Assembly (NCBI RefSeq): GCF_964204645.1
Contig: NC_134035.1
Coordinates: 10,262,451-10,326,450 of the forward strand
Origin: Tubulanus polymorphus
Lineage: Eukaryota; Animalia; Nemertea
Length of the DNA: 64,000 nt
Direction of reading: 5' to 3'
Below, in pieces: positions 14,413 to 27,616 of this stretch. The position numbers and the translations under genes are program-made. The notes beneath the pieces are model-generated. The model was given only the letters and a program-made list of their open reading frames with translations. It ran no database searches and was not told the origin of the DNA. Numbering within the stretch: the stretch's first letter is position 1; each line of letters opens with the position of its first letter.

Positions 14413-16231
14413 TCCGATTCAGCGCCGTGATACACTGTGCCGTACTGCTAATTGCCGGTATCTTCTTGACGCATATACAAAAGTCTGTCATACGATACGA
14501 ATTAATTTCATCGCTAATTACCACTAATTATATAGCCGTACGCATGCGACGACGACGATGTATTGTGATCGCGCATAAATTCATTTGTTCTCGACAAGAA
14601 AAACTGGAATTTTTATATGCGCCGAAGACGTATACGGATGCGGAATGACAAGAAAATGTGTATGTGACTGATAGCTGATAAAACAATGACTATCTCCTAG
14701 GAATTTCACACGATTTACGAAGACAAAGCTCCACAACGAACGGTGTTAACTCTTCTACTCTTCTACGTCTTTTTCAAAAACTGTGGTTTATTGTGAAGCG
14801 CTGTGAACATGACAAATTTTGAGTTGAAAAGATTGTCAGGTTGGCCACTTTTGACTTGCATTTCCCCCCCCCCCCCGTGACTCTTCCCTGACATGTACGT
14901 TATTTTCCATGACTTGATCTGTATACACACAACTGCATCTCGAGTTGCGAGTTTTAGCAGTTTTGATAGGTTCCGCGGCTCGACCGGACTTTCTCAAATC
15001 ATCGCTGGTTTTTTTTTTGTCAATTTCGCCGGCCCATTTGCAGTTCATATTTAATCAGTCCCGCGACATAACTCTGCGTAATAAGTATCTGGCTTATGTA
15101 ATGAACGAGTATTAAGCTCCGGCATATCAGTTCTACGGCTTTTCATCGACGCAGCTTGCGTTTTCCCAAGCTAAGCAAATATTACTAAGACCATATACGT
15201 GTAGGAAACTTGTAATATATGGTTTACTTAATGTCTTTGTAATATGTACATTTGCCTTAGTCAGTGCGCAATATGTCTGTACTCCCGACAAACATACAGT
15301 ACTGGCTCAATCACTCTATCTCGTATAGAATTACAGTAATTGAACGCGTTTTCAAGGCAACAGCAACATTTTTTCTCATCAACCACAGATAGACTTTTGT
15401 TGTCTCGGACAGACCAAGGCTGCGAACACATAATGACAATGATCGCGTAGCAGCTGATGCATTCGAGCACGGAGGTATTAAATGCCTTTAACTGAAGCAT
15501 TAACCCCAAATCAAAGGGATGGCATCGGTCGCACTAATGCATATAGAATACAGGGTTCTGGGGGCGGATCCGAGAAGACGGAGCTAAAATGACCATTTAA
15601 AAAATTTATAGCGTCGTTTTCATCTCTTGTCTCATCACTACTCTCTAATGATACAAAGGGAATTTTGCTCTAGCGCCTAAGGCACCCCTCTGGATCTGTG
15701 TACGGATTCGATAATTTTAGGGCAAGTTCAAATGTTGACGATAAAAAATATGCGTAGCCACTTAAAGCTGAGCCAAATAGTCCAAAATCTCCTCACTCAA
15801 TATTCGCACGAAACAAATACCTCCGAAAATGCATACCGATATTCTGAGGGGACCTTAACAAGGAAGCCCTTTGAGTGTGTCATTATAGGCGACCAGTGCT
15901 CCTAACTTAATTACCAAAATTGTGCCCCCTTCTATCCATGCATGTATGTATGTATCCCAAAGCATTTCTTCGTTTCAATCGATTCTTTCATTGTTGATGG
16001 TATGAATTCGAAGTGTAGGCTGAATACGTATGTTTCAATCGCGAGTCGTTTTATCAGATTGAAAATTAATTCATCACCTGACGATTTAAACACTCCGATC
16101 TGTGAGAGAGACACCAGCTCCTCTACCGTAATGTACTATAAACAAACAGGAGATGATCCAGGAATTTTTAATAGTGGGGGTGGGGGGGGGATCCGAAGTC
16201 TAGTTGAATAATGCAGACGCTAAGTCCTTAA

Positions 16232-16505
16232 CCCTTTCAGTGCTGACTGGTTAATACCCTATAGTGCTAGAGATAATTTGAAAATTTAAAAAAATTCCAC
16301 CCTAGTGTGTTGAACAACGGGAATACCACTATAGTGCGTCTACACTGCGCCGCAGTGTATCGTTAGTTACTAGTATTTCACTATGTTTGACACGTGCTGC
16401 CATTTTTCAAGAGAGATAATTACTAATTACTAATTACATCAATGTACTAGCAAAATCTATCACTGATTTATACACCGCACTGCGGTGTAGACGCACTGAA
16501 AGGGG
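16232..16505. mobile_element. piggyBac-like MITE (~274 bp)
   Basis: TTAA|CCCTTTCAGTGC...GCACTGAAAGGG(G)|TTAA. Internal/subterminal inverted repeat agtgcgtctacac at ~16333 versus gtgtagacgcact at ~16486. Confidence 0.75.
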
Positions 16506-17735
16506 TTAAGGGGTTTGAAAAATAGATAATTTTCTGAGCATCTGGAGGGATTAGAGATAACAGCCTGCAATTATTTGCCACCGTATGAGAAACTTTCCTA
16601 AGCCAGGCTGTGAAAATGTCATCTTGACAAAAATAGGGGGGGATGCTTCCGCCCCTGACAATCCGAGCCACACTCGTTTATTCACATTCACTATGGGTTA
16701 AATTCCTTTTTTTCGTCGATCTGCTGTCGTCCTCGACTAGGAGACTACCGTCATCGTCGTCGTCGTCGTCGTCGCGTAATCAATAAGCAATTTGAAATGA
16801 AAATTTAATCAATCGCAAACAGATATCATTAAATATACGGGGGACCGGTGTGTTACAAATCCATATAACGATAATAACGCGCTTGCACTCACGGGCTGCC
16901 GTATAAAATCTCAATACGAGCAATAATATAAATGAGTACGCGTATTACACACATGGATTAGGTATTCAGGCATTTTGCAGATAGATTTTTCAAATCCATC
17001 AATTTCCATTCAATCCATTAGACACGCTGTCTACGGGATGAAACACCTAAGCTACTGTAGATAATGGCTCGTATGTCTTGTATGTATTATCAGTGTAGCG
17101 ATTGAAAATTTGAACATCGTTTTTGAACGGCTTTTTTGTTCCGATCGTAACATTCAACAAAGCTACATACTCAAAATCCAGTTCCGCACTCGTTAATTGT
17201 GAGTCAAAAAAAGTTTGGTCGTCGTGTAAAGATTTCCGCCTTATCTGATTAATCCATATCACCAAATTCTCCAACATTTTCGTTTCCGAGGAAAATACCT
17301 AATTATGAAGAAATACTGAGAAGCGATCATTCTACAACTAATTTTCAAGTCAGCTATGGAAATGGTTGAGAATTCAGTCAAAACGTCACTACCGTCTAAT
17401 TTCATCTTCATAATTATAGGAGTTTCCTTCAAATCTTCAACATGTTCTGATAAAATGATAGCAGTTCATCAAGGACGAGACGAGTCCTTGTAATTCGAAT
17501 AAGATGTTAGTCTTTTACTGGGCGATATCGGCTAACTCACTGGAGTAATTGCATCAAGAAACTTATACATAAGTGGAACAAATTGCACAGTTCCGATTCA
17601 GACATAACTTTAAGCTAAAAAGAGTCCGTCTTCGATGTTTGAACTCTATAGTGACGACTGAAACCTCTGAAAAGTGCTATCAGTAATGAATTGAATTTTT
17701 TTTCAGTAACTTTTTTCATTGAACTACTAAAGAAA

Positions 17736-18460
17736 ATGTTCAATTTAATCAACAGTAAGATCCTCAGAAACATCTTTCATATTTCTGTTGAAATTAATCA
17801 GTTATCAACGATAAGACCCTCAGTAACATCTTTCATATTAGTGTGTTCAAATTAATCAGTAATCAACGATAAGACCCTCAGAACCATCTTTCATACTTCT
17901 GTTCAAATTAATCAGTAATCAACAATAAGACCCTCAGTAACATCTTTCATATTAGTGTTCAAATTAATCAGTAATCAACAATAAGACCCTCAGTAACATC
18001 TTTCATATTAGTGTGTTCAAATTAATCAGTAATCAACAATAAGACCCTCAGTAACATCTTTCATATTAGTGTTCAAATAAATCAGTAATCAACAGTAAGA
18101 CCCTCAGTAACATCTTTCATATTAGTGTTCAAATAAATCAGTAATCAACAATAAGACCCTCAGTAACATCTTTCATATTAGTGTGTTCAAATTAATCAGT
18201 AATCAACAATAAGACCCTCAGTAACATCTTTCATATTAGTGTGTTCAAATTAATCAGTAATCAACAATAAGACCCTCAGTAACATCTTTCATATTAGTGT
18301 GTTCAAATTAATCAGTTATCAACAATAAGACCCTCAGTAACATCTTTCATATTAGTGTGTTCAAATTAATCAGTAATCAACAATAAGACCCTCAGTAACA
18401 TCTTTCATATTTCTGTTCAAATTAATCAGTAATCAACAGTAAGACCCTCAGTAACAACTT
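17736..18460. repeat. 56/58-bp minisatellite, ~12-13 copies
   Basis: Unit ttcaaattaatcagtaatcaacaataagaccctcagtaacatctttcatattagtg(tg). Confidence 0.95.
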
Positions 18461-19905
18461 ACACATTTCTATATGCATCAAACAAATCAAATCACTATTT
18501 CTCATTATGGAATAGTAACAAATACTGAACATCAGGAACAGTAAGCAGCTATGTATAGTAATAATCAAACTCAGGCCAGAGAGATAGGGGTCCAATGCCA
18601 TAAACCCTTTAGTATATCACATAATGAATAACATTTCAAATGCACGATTATTTTTTACAGTTTTACTATTATCCCCGCAACGGAAATGGATGAATACTGC
18701 AAGATTATGCGTGATCAAACATTCGATTATATTTTATTAGTCGCGCAGATGGCGAATTTCATTGTACTTAACAAGAGTAATCGTATCCCAATAACGAGCT
18801 ACAATTCTTCAATTATCATTACATACATTCAGCGAATATACATAATAAATAGCGCTGATAGATATATATATATATACATACATCTCTACGTGATGAGTAA
18901 TTCATAGAAATGATTATAGACTTAAAAGACAATGTCAATTATAGATTTATATGAAGACCATCAACTGATATTAAACAGCTGCAAGATGAACCTGGCTTCT
19001 TTAAATTAGTCGAAAATGACTGTTTTAAAAAATGTATAACGGTTTAATGTTTCTGGATTGAATTTCAATTTTTCCATTCGTTATTATACCAGGGAGGCGG
19101 AAGCCCTGGATATACTACATGCGACCAGCAGGCCGTTCTTATAACAGCTCATTCATCGCGCCGGCATCCCGCAACGATATCCCGCCAAGAAGCCGACATG
19201 ATCGCCATCTATATTCTTCAAGCATAACTAAATAATATTCGTCGCAGAAACTGATTTATTTTTAACGGCTTACTGCGCATCTGTAGATGACATTAGATTT
19301 GACAAGTCACACATATCGTTCTAATTGAAGCCATTTCTAGTTTTGAAAATGACTCGTAGCAGCATTCAGTCGATGAGACATTACTCTCTTAGGTTTTCTT
19401 CACGATATTGTAAGGTTTAATCTTCATTCGAATTATAGAAAATCACTTCTTTATTGCCGATACAATCCGAAATTTTGGTCGGAGAGTTGTCGAATTCATT
19501 TGCTATTATGTAAGATTTTTACACATTTGCTCAAAAACATTTGTTATGTGCTAGTAAGCGAGTGAATCGGGGACAGCCTGGAGAAAATAGGAAGCAGTGA
19601 TCAATACGTAAGCAATTTTTCCAAGAAACACATTCAAAACGATGCCATTTCTGAGAGGATGACTTTCTATCGTGATAAAAAGCACAACCTCAGTAAAAAG
19701 GCAGGTACCCCGAACCCCGAAACCACCGCATATGAAAGGTTGCATGTTTTCAAACCATTGTTTCCTTAAGTCATTACATACGATCCCGTTGGAACAGTAT
19801 TGAATTTCACTCATGATGGATAGAGAACAAAACGGCCTAATGCCGGTCCCAAATCTAAGCCTGACCACGCAATTGACACTTTGTAAGGGTTCACCATCAA
19901 ATGTT

Positions 19906-19907
<2 letters not shown>

Positions 19908-19994
<87 letters not shown>
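19908..19994. repeat. (TA)n microsatellite
   Basis: Uninterrupted TA run. Confidence 0.98.
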
Positions 19995-19999
<5 letters not shown>

Positions 20000-22900
20000 C
20001 AATTATTTAAATAAGATCAGCATCCCCTTGCGCGCGCACGGCATATATAACCTGAAAGATGGAGATACATCATCGTCGTCTTTGTCATAACCGAGGGCAA
20101 TAAAATACTACGAGAGCATCGAGCGCGATGACTGTAACAAACCACATAGCAGTAACAATAAAATACATATACACACACACAATAAAACTCTGATTATAGT
20201 TATTTACGCGCAGACATCCCGTTGACCAAATAAAAACGACGACTGATGAGAGGACGACGTTCGTTATACCCGATGACAACTGATATATTGTTTCGATTCG
20301 CTGAATGTTATATGTAATTCACGACAACGACGTTTATATTGCGTTGTGTTGTCGTCATGACGATAAACGTGACGACCGACCGCCGAAGTCGTTTCGATAA
20401 TAAACGTACGACATATATGTGCGTCTTCGATACCGGTTTTAAAATAGTGATTGAAAGCGAAATTGAAAACGATCGACTTTCGATTAACGAAATAATATCA
20501 CTACTGCATGGACAGTGCTTGCGCCCTGCGTCTAAAATAGTTTCAAATATCGTATAACTTTTAGGATGAAAATCTTTAAAAGCATAAACCTCGTTTTCTA
20601 ATGAGTATAAACTTCTTGCTTTTCCCGGACTATTCCCGGACATGCACGTTGTTTTCCCTGTGACTTGATTTGCTAAAAATCTAATCAATTCACACAGTCA
20701 AATATGTAAGCCATAGACGGAAACTGTTTGATTTTACGTACAATCTAGCAATCTCAACAAATATCCCCGACATTTCTCTAAATTCTTAGCTTTTTTTCCC
20801 AAATTGCAAGACTATTCCGTGACTTTTTTAAAGGAAAGAAAATTCCCTCACTTATCCCTTATTTCCAGTTAAGTGGCCACCCTGATAAACAGTTTATTGA
20901 CATGAAAGTTTTCGTGCTAAAATCTACCGAGGGCCTGGTCCAACATTTCCATTTCCAAGTTTGCCAAATACTGGCATGGATCGATTTGGCACCAGAGAGA
21001 ATGCTTGGCCTGTGCCTAATTTGGCATATTCTAAATTTGGCCCGAGTCGAAAACATCTGTGTGATCATAACTTATGTGTATGGTGTCTATCTATCATTCA
21101 GTGAGGTCACTGATACATTGTAAAACATACTTAAAAGTGTTCTCCACAACAGGTTTAAGCCACCCCTTTCATATTCACATCCAAACCCTGAAAATCAACC
21201 ATCCCTTATAGAATATCAGCTGCCCCTACCAGAATGGATGTCAATATTCTATCAATGCTGATGATTGCTTTGATATATATATTGCGCTTATGCGAAAAAT
21301 AGATTACACTAGATTCAAGCTTAAATCTTCGGTATTTTCTAGGGGGGGGATCGAAAGCCTTGCTACTTCAGCAGCCTCTATAAATGCAGCCCCTTTTGGA
21401 GAATGCCGAGTTAAATTCTGTATGAAAAGATGCCTGAAGTAATCGAGTATTAAAAAGAGACACACACACACACACATACGCAACGAACGGTTGGTTGTCA
21501 TTGGTAGTGACTCGGTAAGACGGCATTATTGCCGCTGCAGCATTCTGCCGTAATGAATACCCGTACTTTATTTTGATATGAAAATTAATAGAATCCATTA
21601 TCTTGTAAGACTCGAGTCACGAAGCGCAAAAACGTCGCAAACAATTAGCGCGTTGTCGTCACCGCCGGTCGAAGTACTACACGTGGGAGCGAGTCGTACA
21701 TTAACGACGAAAATCTCGACGAAATTGAAGACGGAGAGAAAAAAAATAAACGAACGCGTGATGCGACGACGACGGCGTAAAACGCACGCTAGACTCCGTT
21801 GTTCGTTCATTCATATCGTATGAACTACTAAACAGTGATTTCTTTGTGCGTTCCGCAGTATCTAATGACTGATATTACCGAGTGCAAACTTGTTGAACCC
21901 GACGAATTTCAGGTCGGCAATTTTCTAAAAATCGATTTTGCCGATATCAATACAGCCTCATCGACCTTGAAACGTTCGGAATATATATACAGATTTGAAC
22001 CATGTATTTTTGCACTCGCACATGATATAAGTACCCCCCCCCCTGTTGAAGCCATGTACCACATAAATGCAACACATCATTACGGAAATCCGCTTCAAGA
22101 AGTTTATCAAAATCGTCTCTTTTTCGCGTACTCAGCACCCCCTGGTGGCCAAATGAAAATCAATGTGACCATGAAATTAGCGCAGGAATGTATTATTCCA
22201 TGGGCTGCATATCTACAACATATCTTTGTAATGAAATAGTTTTGTTTACGAGGCGATCTGAAATTGTCACTTTTTCAAGTATTCAGCACCCCCTGGTGGC
22301 CACATGGAATATCATATGATATTGAAACTTTGAAACAGGGGCTTATCATTCCATCAACTATATGGTCGTGATCGCACAAGCACTTTTGGCTCGGATAAAC
22401 TGTTCACACAGATTTACACAGGTCCGAATGGGCCTGAGCCAGTTTGGCCCAGGCCAAATTTAGCCCGACCAAAAATGCCGGACCCGGCCCAAGCCAAATT
22501 TTAGCACGTATCAAATGATTTTTGCAACTGGTTCCGGAAGTGACTCACGTTGCTTTGTTTAAGCATTGAGCACGCTCTCTAATTAGACACAGGCCAAATT
22601 TGATCCGGTCTATTGTATGATTAGGATGCTTGTATATTCTTAGTAACATGGCAAATAAATATCTATCTATCTAGTCATTACTGTTGGCTTGACAGTTGAT
22701 GAATGCTAGGCAATCTACAGTGTTCAAAAGAGACGGCCGCCAGTAATGATAATTACCAGTAATCATTACACTTGTTACTTAGACTTGTCATAGAGATCGA
22801 TGAAAAGTGAATGAAAACTAAATTGATGATCATAGCTGAAAAATGCAAAAACAGTCTAAAAGTAATATTCAATCAGCGAAACAAGCTCATTTCCAGCACA

Positions 22901-23964
22901 TTGGGAATACTTTGTTGACAATGTTGCCAGGACAATGACACCCGAACTTCATGAACTGGCAGTGAACCCTCGGCAAAAAATGGTCATTTCCGCAAACCTC
23001 ACAATAAATTATTGAAACCAATACGAAAAGTAATAAACACCGTTTCGAAATCTGATAGATATGCAAGGTTTCATACCAGGAAAAATTTACTAATATCAAT
23101 GAAATAAGATAAGGTGGATGGCGAATGACTAAAACCCGCGATGATTAAAAAATATCGTTGATATCCAGAAAACTCGCTTTTGGAATTATCACCAAGTTTT
23201 AAAAGAATCATTAGAACCGACGCAAGCTTTCGAAATAGTGTGTAGTTTAATATTACGGTAAACTGTAGAAACCGACAAACTTCAAATTATTAAACGATAC
23301 GTCTAGAACTTCGTTAAAATTACATTTCTAATTAATCAGAGATATATTCCATCTGACACCGAAACTTTCAGCGTCGTCGAAGCGACATAAAAATCTCGAC
23401 GATTGTTCGCGCTAATTGGCGGGGCGCTCAATTTTCAAATCTTTTTTTTCTTGTATTTTAGTTTTTTTTCTTGTATTTTAGTTCTACCCCCGTCCTGAAA
23501 TCAGGTCTCGTTATCAGATTGTGTGCATCAGGTCTTAGATTTTCCATATAAAACTATTCCTATGACTTCTCCAAAAGTTAGCGTCCTTGCGGCTTATAGA
23601 AGCTTTATATATAACCAGTCTAGCTGTGATCACACGTTTAGGCCGAGGTCGAGACCGGAGTCAAATTTGGTCCGTACCTATTTAGACAGCGTGTCCACGC
23701 ATAGACCACTAACTCATTACTAAGATGTTATGATAGCGATAATGTGGCAAGTGAGGTGAGTCGAACCAGTAAGCAGCATTCAAACGCAATAATTTGACCA
23801 GAGCTAAAATTGGGCACGGGCCTGGTCCGAAAATATCTGGCCCATGTCTAACGGGCACAAACCCATTTGGCAGCGGGATGGATAGAAACTTGACCTCAGC
23901 CTTCTCAGGCACCGGCCAAATTTGGCGTCTGACGAAGACTCATATATCCATGATAACCATGTCC

Positions 23965-24075
23965 TGTCCTGTGGCATGGTGGATAAGGTATTTGACTCAC
24001 AACTGAGAGGTTGAGGGTTCGAATCCTAGTGAGACCATGCATTCAGGCTGGACACATATCAGTGCCGGTTGACTC
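23965..24075 (+). mobile_element. tRNA-derived SINE head / tRNA pseudogene
   Basis: A box TGGCATGGTGG and B box GGTTCGAATCC at tRNA spacing. The acceptor and anticodon stems pair poorly. Confidence 0.6.
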
Positions 24076-26539
24076 ACTGATTTAACAACAAAAGTCCGTA
24101 CCTGGCAAAAATCTTCAGCATGTTGAAGTTGGCCAGTAATAGGTAGAACTAGGTAGAACCGTCGTTACGAGCCAGATAAACTATCACGTATATAAGACAA
24201 ACCGCAGAACGGATGAAGGAAGATTATTCTATATCGAAATAACACTGAAATTCCATTTACGAACGACATACACGATCTGCTCTGATCCTACACACACGCA
24301 ATACAGTAAATTATTTACACAGAGCGACTTAATTCATACACATCGCAATCAAACCCATTGTTCCATTTCATCCGCCATCACAAACTCGGTTTTGCCGATG
24401 ATGCCGACAAAAATCCCGAGTCCAATTTTTTTCATCCGGCAAATGGAAGATTACTATTTTTGTGCGCAGGCGAACGCGGATGTATTATGTATGAACCGTC
24501 TTTTGTTATACGCACTTTTGTCGATAAACATGAGCTGCTGCACGAAGTAAATCTTCCTTATATACGAATTAAGTGTAGGTTTTATGACCCGGGACCAGAC
24601 TCATGAGATTAAATAATAGTGACGTGACAGGCTGATGATTTGGCACGGATCAGGCCCCGAGTCAAAATTCAGCCCGTACCTAATTAGAGGGCGCGTTCAT
24701 TAGTAAATCGCTCGCTTGTTACTAGAATGTCATAAAAGTGATGCTGGGGCAAGCGAGGTGAATTCGACTTCCAGGAAGAATCACTTAGCATTGATACGCA
24801 ATCATTTGACCTGTGTTGATTACCAGAATTACGCCTTGTGGCCTTAAAGATACACTCCGCAGTACACTCTCCCCCAATTTGTAAGAAGTTGAACACAGAT
24901 AAACCTGTCTTAACTCTCACATCAAGTTTCATGGATATCCGTCAGATATTGCAGGCTGCATCGTGTTAAACAAGAAATCCAAGATGGCTACCCTGGTGGC
25001 CATATTTGACTTCGTTGCGGGGGTTATAAGAATTTGGCACAATCCAACACCTTTAGTTGGACTGAATGTCAGGGGTTCCAGTGATCTGGTCCATAAAAAA
25101 AATAGGAAGAGTGTCCAGAAATAGGAAAATTTCATAGTGTCAAATGAGCGCCGATGCATTTTGGACCAGTGTGAACGGTTGGCCCCGAGTCAAAAACATG
25201 CGATGACATGCGATCTCACTAACCTTAAACAGTACCCACCTGACCAAGTAATATCCATCAACGTACGTTCCGACTTCTCAATAAAATTTCTTTCTAATTT
25301 CACTAACGGCCGTGCCTAGCGTAGGCGGTAACCAGTCGACATCGACCTGTTTGAGAAAGAAAAATAAACTTTTCAAAAAAAACGGGGGACGGCGTAAATA
25401 CGAATACGTCCACTCAATAGCATTTAGCGCAACATGCATTGATGTCTAAGGATCAGCGTGCCGTTGAGTGTCACGTAGCAGCTACAGAAAGAATTTGATA
25501 AGTCTTTGACCGAAGTGCCAACCGGAATACAGTCGATGAGCAAATCCATCAGCCAGGATCATGCATGTGCTACTTATTTCATACTTTTTAAAAGCGCCAC
25601 CTTCGTAATTTTCTTCGCTCAGTTTGCCAGAGTACACGGCGCGCTCAATCCCAGTTCAACATCAAAGGCGCCGTGTCTTCAGATTGGGGAAAAAATATCA
25701 ACAAGGCATGAATTCTTCAGTTGGACACAGATGACGAAGAAGAGTATGAATAGACATCAGTTGAGTCATTCACTAATATACAGCGTTAACCATGCACAGC
25801 CCCAGGTTTGTGGCATTATTCCTACAGTTACACGAATTCAAAATTCCAAAAATTTTTGGAAGATTTTTTTAATTTTTCCAAATGGAAATGGGGCCTACAT
25901 TTAAACAAACATGCCATTGTGCTACAGGGACACCAATATTTCAGTGGTTGACAATGGCAATTTTCAAGAACAAACTTATATCCTAAAACTATACTATGAG
26001 GAGAGCCAAATGAATTTCTCAAATATTTCTTTGATTAGAGAAAAATCAATCAAATTCCAAAATATTTCTCTATTTCTCGGTACTGTGGGAACCATGTTAT
26101 GGATTTCATGAGACCTTCACTTGACTGAGTTGTTAGGATGCAGGGGACCCAGAAAAGATGCAGGAATGTATCATTCTGGGCTGTTAGCTGACAGCATTCA
26201 GCAGTAACAGTAATCCAATCATCTTCATCAAATGAAGTTGCAGAATCTATCAGACAAATTTCAGGGGCCAGTCATGAAATAAGTCTTGAGACTGGTTTTA
26301 AGTCGTTAGATAGGCTATAGAACCAAGATGGGGTTAAACTGATCTTAAGTTGTTAGATTGGCTAAAAAGGTATGGTCTAAGACTGGTCTTATATGTAAGC
26401 AATGACAGTACAACTGCCCCTGTACTATTCAATTCATTTTCAGGACCCAGTTTCATTGAGAATGAAGATTAAGTTATCACAAGCATCTTAATCAATAAAT
26501 GCATGCCCAGCCCTGGATAGACGTAAAAAATACACTTAC

Positions 26540-26601
26540 CTTCCTCTTCGACACAGATATTCAACGGACGAGGATCGATATGTCTTAGGAGCAGCAGCGA
26601 C
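26540..26601 (-). other. Isolated 62-nt internal exon (likely 5'UTR) of the unidentified minus-strand gene
   Basis: Strong acceptor tctctctttctctttgttatatgtcag| and perfect donor AAG|gtaagt on the minus strand. No ATG inside. Confidence 0.6.
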
Positions 26602-27178
26602 CTGACATATAACAAAGAGAAAGAGAGATACAGAGTTTAAAGAAGAGTCAATTACATAAATAATGCCCGGAATGATAGAAAAACCCGCAGACACACAAAC
26701 ACCTACTAAAGATCAAGTATAGCTAAGAATCAACAGATAGCAAGGAAAAATAGCACGGATAATGATGATGATGATTATGTTACATATTTCTCGACGGACG
26801 CGGCTCAACGCACATATTTTCTTTTCGGTAAAAGGTTTCTGATGATCATATATTGCATAAACATCAACTGGATACTCGGATAGGTTCAACGAAGCGAATC
26901 GAAGATTAGCGTACTTACAGGCAGCGTGTATTGTTTGTACAACTCTACGACTATAAATACTGCATACAATAAATGCTTCTTGTATTTCGCATCGACCCCC
27001 GATACACCTGAATCAACACGCCTAATCGGAAATAATCGGTCCCAGGTCCCCTAGAAAAATGTACTCATTAGTATTCTATTACATTCAGCAACTTGTGCTG
27101 GAAATCGTGTACGCTTTTTTGTTTGTTCCTTACGAAAACAGATGTTCGATAACATATATATGAAGAAAAAAAATACTA

Positions 27179-27429
27179 TATCACTCTTTGTATCTGTAAC
27201 ATTGTTTCGCTCCGTTTTTCATAGTACCCTCGATGTTACCTTTTCACAAAAATTCCGGTGAACAGAACAGAAACGGTATCAACATTTTACTAATTCATAA
27301 ATAATCTATCACCCTTTTAATCTGTAACATTGTTTTGCTCATTTTCATAGCATCCTCAATGTTACCTCTTCATAAAAATTCAGTAAAAAGAAAAGAACAG
27401 AAAAGGTATCAAAATTTTCCTAATTCATC
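27179..27429. repeat. Tandem duplication of a ~128-bp unit
   Basis: tatcac...atctgtaacattgttt...gaacagaaa.ggtatcaa.atttt.ctaattcat occurs twice. Confidence 0.8.
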
Positions 27430-27486
27430 AAATCTTTCTTTTCTTTTAAGTCCTCCATAATTCAAAACCATTCAAAATAGTTATTC

Positions 27487-27616
27487 ACTCACACCTGACG
27501 ATGATCTCTAGCGCGAATTCGAAACGTTGTGCATTTTGATTTTAATTCTTCATAGATAAAATTTTTTTTCAAATCTTTTATATTCTGTACATAGTAAGTT
27601 TTAAATTTAGCATATA
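27487..27616 (+). mobile_element. Diverged family-1 hammerhead-bearing element
   Basis: actcacacCTGACGAtgatctctagcgcgaattcGAAACGTTgtgc plus a degenerate tail. Helix II is partly broken. Confidence 0.55.

Noticed and set aside
3115-18460. Tandem arrays (36, 39/44, 30, 58 bp) as CRISPR-like arrays
   Set aside because: No unique spacers between repeats, no cas genes, and the context is eukaryotic.
19811-20010. YI-repeat ORFs
   Set aside because: Translation of (TA)n.
20244-20300. Other CTGATGA occurrences (e.g. ~972, 2850, 20244, 24633) as hammerheads or C/D snoRNA boxes
   Set aside because: No helix II followed by GAAA at a suitable distance and no convincing terminal stem.
21835-22239. 134-aa ORF as a gene
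   Set aside because: Lies in a tandem-unit repeat, starts at GTG, and has no recognisable domain or splice context.
23965-24036. Functional tRNA (Val-CAC-like)
   Set aside because: A and B boxes are present but the acceptor and anticodon stems do not pair properly; better explained as a SINE head or pseudogene.
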